Part shown: in pieces, positions 39,701 through 51,700 of the stretch
Position numbering within the stretch: position 1 is the stretch's first letter
How the letters are laid out: the number at the start of each line of letters is the position of its first letter
DNA from: Ranitomeya imitator
Taxonomy: Eukaryota
Assembly: GCF_032444005.1 (NCBI RefSeq)
Contig: NC_091286.1
Span: 434,558,001-434,622,000, forward strand
Reading direction: 5' to 3'
DNA: 64,000 nt
Translations under genes and position numbers: made by a program
The notes under the pieces: model-generated
The model's database searches: none
What the model was told of the DNA's origin: nothing
The model's input: the letters and a program-made list of their open reading frames with translations, nothing else

Positions 39701-42700
39701 AGGAAGCCAGGATCAAAGCATTAGGCGGAGTTAAGTAGAGAAGCACCTAACGACCTCACCAGATCACCTGAGGGAGGAAACTCAGAAGCCGCAGTACCAC
39801 TTCCCTCCACCAACAGAAGCTCACAGAGAGAATCAGCCGAAGTACCACTTGTGACCACAGGAGGGAGCTCTGCCACAGAATTCACAACAGGCGATCTCAC
39901 GTGTGGAACATTCACATTGGGACATGTGACTGCTCTACCCGGCTGCCAGCGGTACACTGACAGGAGGTAATCGCTCCCATAGTGTATCACTTAGCTACTG
40001 TGAGAGGGTTCACCAGAGTTCATCATCTGATCAGCTCCAGTGGTCTCACTTACACCACTGCTGCATGAGAACTTTCTCACGCAGCAGTGGTGCTGTAAGG
40101 GAGACTACCAGAGCTGATCAGCTGATGATCTCCAGTGACCTCTCTTACTGCAGCACAGTGATACTCTGTGGGAGCGATTACCTCCTGTCAGTGTATCGCC
40201 AGCTGTCTTTGAGAGTAGTCACATGAGTGACTGCTTTCAAAGTGATCACGATCATCATAGGACATTATGGATTATTTTCTCTGCAGACATGTGAGGAATA
40301 TTGTGGTTTATTATTTTATTTTTGCTGCAGGAGACGTTGGCTTCGGTGGATTAGGCATTCAGTGAGTATGGTTTAATTAAGATTCATTAAAAGAGTCTGT
40401 GTCATTATTTCAAATAAAGGTATTTATTCTGGGTGTCTGTGTTTTTATGCAATATCACTATGGGGTTACTAATGGTTAGGTGTCTTATTGACACCTCTCC
40501 ATTACCAACCTGTGGGCTTGATGTCACCAGAGAATACAAAGGTGACATCAACTCCACAAATATGAACCCCTCTTGCCACAGCTACAGGGCAAGTGGGAAG
40601 AGCAAGGTTACGTGCCAGATTTGGCTCATCTTACAGATGCACCTTTTCCGGGGCTGAGAGCTGATGTTTTTTGTCTGGAAGGGGTCAACATCCATGGCCC
40701 CTTCCTAGGCTATTAATATCAGCCCGTAGTTGTCTGACTAGCCTTTGCTGGTTAGATTTTATATGCAGACCCTATGTCAATTTATTTATGGGGCATTTAT
40801 TTATGCTGGTTAGATTTTATATGAAGACCCTATGTCAATTTATTTATGGGGTCCCTCTGTAAACTAGCCAGTAAAGGCTAAGCTAACAGCTGTGAGCTAA
40901 TATTACTAGCCTGAGAACCTTTATGGCTATTGGCTCCTTCCCAGAATATTAACATCAAACCTCAGCCATCGGCATTTCTCTCTGCTGGTTATTAAAATTG
41001 CGTGGGAGCCCATGTAATTTTTTGTTCATTTTTTTCTTTAAAATTAACAGTTGCTGTCTGGTTACAGCCTATGTAGGTTAATTCTGTTAACACTCCTACA
41101 TAGGGTGGTGACAATATGCATGTAGGTTTGTGTGTGTTTGTGTTTACTTATCAGCTTAATAATGAGGGTGTCAGGCTAACACCTATTCATTACTAATTCT
41201 AGAGCTAGGTGTCAATAACAACTACAGACACCAAGCCCTAATCCCATTACCCTGATGCCACACTGCATCAGCATGAGAATGGTAGTGTTGAACAAAGAAA
41301 TTACATCTCAAAACTTTTTTAAAAATATCTTTATTTAGCTAAAAAAAAAGCCTTCATTGTTGTACAGAAATGCATGCAAAAATGCATACAAAAACGAGGC
41401 AACAATGCACCAAAAACATGCACTTTTTGAACAGCATTTTCCTGCCAAAAGATGTAATAACCTTGAAGAAATTTCTGCAAGCAAATACTCAACGTGTGTA
41501 CATAGCCTTATACTGCATTGTACCGTAGGACTTTGGCTATTTCCTTTATTCTTAGTGTCATATAATATATATTCTTGGGATGGAGTAACATGATTTTGTC
41601 TCATACATATAATAACTTCACTATAAAACACTCTGTACTGTATAATGCTTGTTCCCTTTCATTTTTTTTGCCATTATACTGGTACGGTTATGTATTTATA
41701 TAGTTATTATTTTGAGCATGTCAATAGCAAACTAATATGACATATCTTTGTCACATGTATAGGATTAATACTAAAAAGAGTTGATTCTCTTTAATTCAGC
41801 AATATTCTTTATTTAATTTTTGATCATGGTGAATAAATATATCTCTCACATAGGATATAATATGTGCTTTTTTCTTTTTTTCTTTCTTTCTTTATGAAAT
41901 GACAGCGTTTTGTGATAATTGTAGTTAAGTTTACAAATTACTTTTAATGTATGACATGCATATGCATATACATTTTCTATGTTTTGTTTATTTACTCATG
42001 TATTCGGTCATATTTTGACCATATGTTTTTTCTGCACTAAGTAGTGTCTGATGAAGGCCCATGTCATATGGCTGAAATGTCATTGATCTATTTAGATTGC
42101 CTGAATAAAGACTTGTCATGCTATTGGGAAAGCCAAGTATATCTTATCTTCTTCATGTGCATGGGGTGGAACTCGTTTTGAGCTCCCAATTTTTTTTTCT
42201 TCAACAGTGCCGTATATCTACCTTTTCACTTTTTTATGTTTTTTTTTTTTTTTAGCTTTCCAACATGGGTGTGATTTTTGGTATTTATATGTCTTCAATT
42301 AATCTATAATTTGTGACTTTTAAAAAAGCCATAACATTTTACGTGAATGTGTTCTAGTCTCTTGGCAGAGTTATTTTATATACACTAAGATTTTTTGCAC
42401 AATTTTTGGAACAAACTGTGTGACTTTTTGCAAAAAATGTTAAAGACAGAAATGATGAAATTAATTTTAGACTTTGTATGAAATTCATGGACAGCACATG
42501 CTATTTCATGTGAATTCCACAAGAAAAGAAAAAAGAGACTTAAAAAATACAAGGCAAAGAGTTTAATCACTTTTTTAACCTGTAATTTCTGTAAATTGCA
42601 CACAGATATGACATACTGATATGTGTTTGTGTTCGTTCTTCCATATTTAGGGAAATGTGACATAGGCTGCTCTTTTGATTTTGGTTTCTGTAACTGGAAA

Positions 42701-45700
42701 CAATCAAAGTCTGATAATATTGACTGGATACGCTGGAGAGGTGCTACACCATCTGAACTCACTGGACCTTCCCTTGACCACACAACAGGAGGTATTGGTC
42801 TTCTGCTATAAAAGTTACAAATTATATTCAAAATAGAACCATTCCATGCCCCAAAGTGATACTTGGATTATTATTTCAGATGGATACTATCTCTACATTG
42901 ATGGTGAGAAGTCAAAATACGGAGACTTGGCAAGATTAGAGAGTCCTGCTTATTGTTACACTGGCTACCAGTGCCTCAGGTTCTGGTACCACATGTATGG
43001 AGCTGCAGATTACATGGAGCTGAATGTGGCTGTCTTAAGAGAAGATGGTATAGAATACGTGACCTACCTAGAAGGAAATCATGGTGATATGTGGCTGTTA
43101 GAAGAGATTTATTTGCCTGACAGTGACATCATGCAGGTAATGTTGTGTTTATTTTCTTATAATTCATACATAACTATTAAGAAATTAACCTAATTTATAC
43201 AGTATACACTTACTGAATACATGCATTATATATGCAAATATACACTCAGGTATATTTACAAGATTTGTAATTAAATTAAATTAAAAAATTATACGATTTC
43301 TGAAGAAGATTGGAGCTTAATTTGATGGCAAAGAAAACAAAGGAGAGCATGTCAGATACTTTATTATACATTATGTTTACAGATTTTCATTGAAGGCAAG
43401 ATAGGAAATGACTATCGTAGTGATGTGGCCATAGATGACATCTCTCTTACACCTGGTTATTGCAGTAAGTAACAAGTTAATCATTTTTACAGTGTATTTC
43501 ACATTTTATGTTTCTTAGAGAGAAGATGTATTATTTGTATCAATGAAATCTATACTTTCAGCTTGTAGAATAGTACTTGATATATTTAATAAATGTACAG
43601 ATGAAAATATTGAAAATTTGGCTCTCAATCATTCCAAGACCAGGTCATTCTCCGTAGTGGATGATGAGCCACATTTTTTTTAATGTATATGTGGTCTTAA
43701 GAGCCCTCTTAAAAGCCAGAAAAAAACCCTGGTGAGTCTCAGAGATTTCCGCACAAGCATGGGTGTTCTGAAGATCCAGAGAGGATTGGACAGGTAACAT
43801 ACAAGGGCCAGAGCGTGATTATAAGATTTTTTATGCCTCTTTAGGCTTCAGAAAAATGGCAGCCAGCAGCTGCACTTTTGCTGAATCCGCACAGAAGCGA
43901 ATTACAAATAATCTGCATACCAATTCCATTTGAATTTATTCGCACATCTCTCATATTACTTGTTTTAAAATGAAATTGTGAGCCATGCCCAGCGCAAGTC
44001 TGTAGTACTAAAGATTCTTTAAAAATAAAGGATATCTATTGATTTTTTTCTACCCATAATGATTTTTTTCAGTATTTTGTCCAAGCAACAAAACTCTTTC
44101 ATGGAAAATATGTTTTGATCGTGTTATCAAGGCATATTACTTTTTATTTAGAAGTTGTTTTGCTATCTGAGAAGGTTGAGTGGTGAGGCGTTGTATATAA
44201 TAAGTAGAAAAAGAAGAAGAAATTCATATTTGTTGAGTTATTGTGGCATTATATTATTACTAAGAATCATACTGTAATGTTAATGAATGATAATCATGTC
44301 AATAATTGTCTTTTTAGTTAAACCAACAACTACTACCACCACCACAACCACCACCATTGCAAAAACTTCAACACCAACAGGTATGCAACAATAATAATTT
44401 ACATTAGTTTAGGCTTTTTTTTGGCCATTTACACACTCTAATGTAACTGGACATCACAGTCATGATGTTGGAGAATGGAGCGGCTAAGTTCCCATACTGA
44501 GCAGGCGCTGACTATGTTACACAGCCAGCATCAGTCTGTAACAGCAGTGACTAGTGATGAGCATAGTCATTGCTAGGGTGATCTCTGAGTATTTGTGAGT
44601 GCTCGGAGATTTCTTTTGTTAACGCAGCTGAATGATTTACATCTGTTAGCCAGCTTGAACACATGTGAGGATTCCCTAGCAACCAGGCAACCCCCACATG
44701 TACTCAGGCTGGCTAGCAGCAATAAATCATAGCTTCGTTGACAAAAACTAAATCTCCAAGCAGTTAGAAATACTCGGAGACCACCCGAGCGTGCTTGGGA
44801 AAGCCCGAGCAATGAGTACACTCGCTCATCACTAGCAGTGACAAGAGGCTGCTTCTATTTCTTCTGTGTAACCATTAAAATGCCACTGTCAATCACTGAT
44901 AGCGGCATTTAATAACACTTTCATTGGTGTACTCATGCACTGACTATCATTGGCTCCTGTGATAAAAATTTGGGTAGCTAATAGGTTACCTGCTGAAGAT
45001 TCCCATAACTACCATGTTGGATGGGATTCACAGGTTAACATTAATTTAAAGAGAACCCGTCACCAAATTAAAAGTTTCCCCTGAGCATGCCTTTTTTGTT
45101 TTTTTTAATTACAACTCTCATACAGTTCCAGAAAATATGGGCCTTTTATTTAGTACTCCTTTTTATAGTTTTTATTATGGGGCCGCGCTCACAGGGTAAT
45201 TATGCAGAGCAACTTGAAAACATTCCCCCAGAAAATCCTGTGAGCAACGCCAGCTTGGTAAAGATCAGAAAAATTAGCACTAAAAAATAAGCTCATACCT
45301 CTGGAACCATATGGTGGATTATTTAGAGGAGCAGTAGGATCAAAAAAGTACAAAAACCTCTTTAAGGCTATGTTCATATGTAGCTTTTTATGCAATATTT
45401 CAGCTGTGTTTCACAGTATCAGCAAAATCTATGAGATTTCAGAAATTCATTCACACACCTTGTTTTTTTGTCAAAGAGCTGCACTTTTGGAAAATTCAGC
45501 AAGTCACTTCTTTCAGGGTTTTTAAAATAATTTTTCCCTCATTGAAAGCAATGGGTAGTCCAAAATATAGTGCAAAAACACTGCAAAAAATGCAGGTATT
45601 AGGTTTTGCTGCGTTTTTGGAGCCAAAACCTGATAAAGTTGAATCAGATAATTTTTTTATGCACTAAACTTTATCAGCGTGCACATCTTGCACGAGAGAA

Positions 45701-48700
45701 AAATGTACCCTGACAATAAGGCAGCAATAAAAACATAGCAAAAACTACGCAAAACTTGCTTTTTGTAAGCAGCTTAAACACAGCTTAAACTTTGCATGGC
45801 AAAAAAGCTGCAAAAACGCTACATAGCATAACTATGTGCTTCATAGTAGAACCTTAGAATCTTTAAAAAAGAATTCATGACCATAGCTTTAAAATTATAA
45901 TTTTACACCTTCCTTGGATGTTACATTAATTCTTTGTAAGAACAATATCTTTATTTTTCCTTATCTTTTTATAGTTATCCCATCTATAACAACCACAAGC
46001 ATAATAATGGATACAGGTAAATACATATAATTTTATGATCAATACTAAATCTAAGGCTGATTTCTCATGTTTGTGAAGCATGGACCATACTTGGCTCACA
46101 CCATCCGGCTCGACCACCAAGTTTCCCAAACTGGGCTATCTTATAGGCTTAGAGAGCCATTGGTTGGGCTAGGTATTCACAAATTTATTAAACGGGTCTC
46201 ATTGTTGTTCCTATGTAGGATACTCTAAAACAGGGGTGGGGATCTTTTTTCTGCCAAGGGCTATTTGGATATTTACACCATCCTTCGGGGGGCCATACAA
46301 ATTGTTTGTTATCTCCGTCCAAAAAGTTCGTCCTGATTCTGGCACTGGTGTCAGGACGTAATCTTTCATTGCATGTGCCTCAGTGTTCAGTAGTGAATGC
46401 TGTGTGTGTGTGCTCACAAAGCAAAAATAAATTATTGGGCCCATGGCAGTCAAAATACAGCTGCTGGCCCAAGTGCTGGGGTCCTCGGGAATCTGCTCAG
46501 GGGCTGGATACAGGGTCATCTATACCCTCAAATGGCCTGCGGGTCTGAGGTTCCCCTCCCCTGCTGTAGACGTACTAGAGCTATATTTTTTTTCATGCAC
46601 ATTACAAACCATACGTATTATTATAGTAGATATGATATCTATATAATACAGCATATATTGTATGGAAACCATACGTTTCTATAGTTCTATACATAATGTG
46701 TTTAAATGTGACATTTTTAAGCTGCTGCTAAATTCAAATTTTGTCAATTTTCAAAAACTACTGTAATTCATGTATTGTATAATTTTCTGTCCTTTTTCTT
46801 TTGATACATGCATAATTGCAATAAATTATAAAAAGTATATCGCTGTAATTTCGTTTGATACCTTTCTCATGTATAATATGTAATATTATAAACTCTATTT
46901 TATAATTCATCATGTCATGTTGTTCGTCATTGCTGTTTAATTTCATATAAACACATATATAATTATGGTAGTGGAACCTTTTCGAGATGAGCAAAAATTT
47001 CCTTTAAAAGTGAATATCTTGCTGTCAAAAAAGGTGGTCACTAGTCATGATAGTAAATGATATGTGGTGGGTATAACTTTAAGTAATGTCTGTATAAGGG
47101 GTGGTCTTCTCAAGGAGATCCTCTATTGAAAAGGTTTCACTGTATACACAAATAAATATATAATATATATATTATATTATATATATAAATCTCTTGCCAT
47201 CTTGTCTACCATATTATAATTTATGTCTCTTTTGGTTCCTATTGTATGTACAAAATATTTGCATGTTAAAAAATATTAAAGATATAAAAAAGTGACATTA
47301 CAGATATGGGAGGGCTGAATTTGGCACTATTTCTTTCTCACGAGTGCCATTTGAACAAAATCTGCTCTGCTTTATCTGAATATTGCATGATTGTGCAAAA
47401 TGCATAATGCACTTAAATTAAAATTATATTTAATTTACTTTTTAGAAATGGTTAAAAATAAAATAAAATGTTACATTTTTACAACTTTTTATACTTTTTT
47501 ATACTTATGTGCTTTTGTAATTCCATTTTGCACAACTAAATCTTTATTTTCGAGGTCCACAGCTTTAATCACAGTTTAAAGAAAACACTTCATATAAATA
47601 TACATTTTACTAGTGAAAAGAAAATACATCCATCCAGTAGAATGTTTAGATTAGCAGCTATTAGAGATTACCAAATCTGCCAAGATTTGTTTTTGCCAAA
47701 TAATGTGTATTTTATGGAGCAATTCATTTCACATCGTAATTATTCAATGGAAATGGAACTCTCCTTTTATACCCTCAAGGATCTCTGCAAACCTCAGAGT
47801 ATAATAAATGAGGATAATAAAAAATATACTTTCCTCATTGCTCACCTGTCCCACTACTCACTTGTCTCGCTGTCCCTTAAACACACCTTCTGGACCTCCG
47901 TGATTCTTTCTGCATTCCCCTATTTCATGCATTCTCTTCTGCCTGCTTTACTCTGTGCTGGGTTTTCCTGTTCCGAGTAAGCCATTGACATTACTGCACA
48001 CTGTGCTGTTGCAGAGTTTGTTGCGATGTCATCACGTTAAGATGTGCGTAGCCCGAGGAATAGTTAGTGCACAGTTATGTTAGAGACTTCCTTGGTGCTG
48101 AAAGACATACCCTAGAGTAAAGCAAGTTGAATAGAATGTGCAGGTAATGCGAAAAGAAGCATGGTCTGTGCAGGTGATGGGACTAGTAAGTGGTATTATT
48201 AATATTGTTTTTTAATATTTGCTGGTCCTCTACAATTTGACAAAATGGTAGTCGTAGCTAACTCCCATATTGTTGAATTCACATGGAAAATTTTAAAAAA
48301 TCTGTATTTTGTAGAATGCAAATTTTTGTAAAATATGGCGAGAATTCAATTCCATAGTGACAGATTTGACAATCTCTAGCAGCTGTAAATTGTTTAGCTT
48401 GAAAACTGTTAAGCTATGATCACTTCCAAGTTTAAAATTTAGAGTGCTCCCAACATATATATATATGCTAGTAGGGTGTAGTGTATCCCACTATAGCCCA
48501 TTGAACATTAGAGCTGTGGTTTTTGAAGGTATCCATGGACCTTCTGAGATCATTTCCATAGTAGGCAGTAGTTTAACAGTGTCCAACACTGGAATCAGGA
48601 TTAAGACCAAATCAGATATTTCTAATTTACCCTGAACACCAGGGTTAGAAAGGTTACCCATCATGTCAGAAAGTCCTTTCCCTAACCACTTTCTGACAGC

Positions 48701-51700
48701 ATCCTGAGCAATTATTCAGGCTGATGATCTGCTTAATCAAAAGTGTTCATCTGATGCCACCAGTGGTATAAATGTGATTTTTAGGCATATTCACTTGCGA
48801 GAAGTGGTCTCACTGTACATTTCCTGATATTATAATTTTATCTCAGCTGGGAACAATCCAGAGTTTTCAGACATATATTTCTTGTCTAACATTAGGTTTG
48901 TGACAGATGCTATACAGTGTACTATGGTATTACATGTCTTTTTTTGTGGTATACTAATGTATGCCAACTAGACATAGTCCAAAATGAAACTCTTTTAGTA
49001 CATCCAGAGCATTCCTGCTGTACTTATTAAATGTAGAGGAAAATTACAATGTGAACAAGGCAATATACCTGGCTTAGGTTGAAGTAAACAGAAAGCTTAC
49101 ATTTACACATACTGTAGGTTAGTACACATACACACAACACATCATACCCATGCAGACAAATATATGTGCACAATTATGCACACACACATTTAATTTAGCC
49201 AACACAGCAGGAATTGATGAAACACTGCAGTGATGAACTGCAGTCATACATATCTAAATACAACTCATGAAAAACAGAATCTACAATTTCATCATCAACA
49301 ACAGGTTCCACTTCTGAAACCACAAGAACGACAATCCCTGCAACAAGTACTACTACTTTGTCGAAAACTGAGTCTATTATTACCGAAGAACCAACTACCA
49401 GAGTAACCATACAAGATAAAACTGAAGACAGAACAACCATCTTTTCAACTGATGCAACTGTTCGCTTGGAGACTGATCCAACAGTTTTAGCATCAACAAG
49501 ATCAACATCAAAAATCACAGTAGCAACTTCACCAAGAACATCTACTTCTCCACCAGACATTTCATCAGTTTCTGCAGCCCATACATCTTCAAAGCAGACA
49601 GGTGTCTCCACAACTGATATACCAGATATTTCTTCTGAGAAACCAGAATCCATACCAACCAAACCACTCATCACAGAAGATGCAACTCCTACAATACAAG
49701 CATCAACAACAGTTTTCATATCAGAAACAATAAGAACATCTTCATTAGGAACAGCTACTGACTCTACATCAAAGATAGCAACTCTCCCCAAGACAACTTC
49801 AAGGCAAACAGAGTCTGTAGAAACTATATCTGTAATTACTGAACAAACTACGATTATCTCAGACAAAACAAACCCTGTGGTGTCATCATCTGCAATTACT
49901 GGAGCACCTATCATTAGTGCAACACCTAGCAGAACATCTACTATAACTTCAGATGCCTCAACTGTTTTCACTTTGCAGCCTGGTTCCACATCTCAAATTA
50001 CGAGAACCACTGAGAGTCCAGAAACAATGACTACTACACCAAATAAAATTACAGCTACAATGAAAACAGCTACCATTGCAACAATTTCTGAGACTCCAAG
50101 TTCCATCACATCTCCACCAATCTCTAAATCAACAACTTCTACAATTTTGAGTTCTACAAATAAAGACTCCATATCAACATCCTCAAGTTCAGCAACTCCT
50201 ACAACATCTAAAACAACAATTGCAGGTATGTTTTCACTTCAGGTAAAATAATTTATTTTCATCCACTCAATTAAAGTGTAACTAGCATTCCAAAAAATTG
50301 CAAGTAGACAGATCTTACTTATGTCTCTTAAATCTGCCCCATAAGTAATTTAGTTCTTCGGATAGAGGATTACTGGGAAGAATAGCAGTCTAAGACTTTG
50401 TTCAAACCTGTATTCAATATGGAACTATATTTTCATTAAAATGACAGCCATTAAGACAGAAACTCTATGTATCTCATTATATTCAATGGGGTCCAATGGG
50501 TGCCCCTGGCTTCCATCATATGCAGATTTTGGCACTGATTTTTAGTTACTTATATTCTGTTCTTATAACAGAATAGAAGAAAGAAAATAAATTGTCTCCT
50601 CTCCAAATCATACCTCACCACTTGTGCACTAGACCCCTTCCAATCCCACCTCCTCCTCTACCACACCATCACACTTATCCCATCCCTAACCCATCTCTTC
50701 AACTTATCACTAACTTCTGGTACCTTCCCTTCTGCTTTCAAAAATGCCACGATCACACCTATCCTTAAAATGCCAACCCTAGACGCAACCACTATGTCAA
50801 GCTATCGTCCAATATTGCTAAACTCCTGGAGCAGCACGTTCACGCTGAACTTTCCTACCAACCCTCATCTAACTTGCTCTTTGACAATATTCAATCTGGT
50901 TTCCGTCCCTATCATTCTACTGAGACTGCCCTGACCAAAATGATTAACGACTTACTTACAGCCAAAGCTAACGGACAATACTTTATATCCCTCCTTTTAG
51001 ACCTGTCCTCTTCTTTCGACACAGTTGACCACTACCTCCTACTACAGATCCTCTCCTCCTTTGGCATCAAAGACATCGCCTTATCCTGGATCTCCTCATA
51101 CCTTTCCAAGTGCACATTCAGCATCTCCCACTCCCACACTACCTCCTCATCCCACCCTCTCTCTGCTGGAGTCCCCCAAAGCTCTGTTCTAGGACCCTTA
51201 CTCTTCTCAATCTATACACTTGGCCTGGGACAACTCATAAAGTCCCTTGGATTCCAGTACCACCTGTATTCTGATGACACTCAGATCTACCTCTCTGACC
51301 CAGACGTCACCTCTCTGCTGTCCAGAATCCCAGAGTGTCTATCAGTCATATCCTCCTTCTTCTCCTCTCGCTTCCTCAAACTCAGTGTGGGCAAATCTGA
51401 ACTCATCATCTTTCCTCCATCTCACAGATCTTCCTTACCTGATCTATCTATCACCATTAATGACATCACGCTTTCCCCCGTACCAGAAATCCACTGCGTT
51501 GGTGTATCCCTTGATTCTGCCCTGTTCTTCAAACCGCACATCCAAGCTCTTTCCACCTCCTGTCGCCTCCAGTTCAAAAATATCTCCAGAATCAATCCTT
51601 TCCTCAACTCTCAATCTACTAAAATACTTATGCATGCCCTTATCATCTTCCACCTCGACTACTGCAACATCCTTTTCTGTGGCCTCCCTGCTAACACTCT

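Larger units (their letters stand above)
29105..39889 (-). mobile_element. Tandem Ty3/Gypsy chromovirus: three LTRs and two internal regions
   Basis: Three near-identical LTRs, two gag-pol ORFs, and a single GGCGAT direct repeat flanking the whole array. Confidence 0.97.
28307..41507. mobile_element. Non-autonomous Harbinger-like element (about 2.4 kb) split by the tandem Gypsy
   Basis: TTA flanks; decayed TIR TGCTATGCGCACAC versus GGCTATGTACACAC; palindromic interior. Confidence 0.5.

Noticed and set aside
48444-48900. Possible coding fragment on either strand
   Set aside because: No convincing motif, splice sites or phase fit; left unassigned
49195-49989. 264-aa Val-rich ORF on the minus strand
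   Set aside because: Antisense shadow of the Thr/Ser-rich mucin exon (ACN codons read as NGT/GTN)
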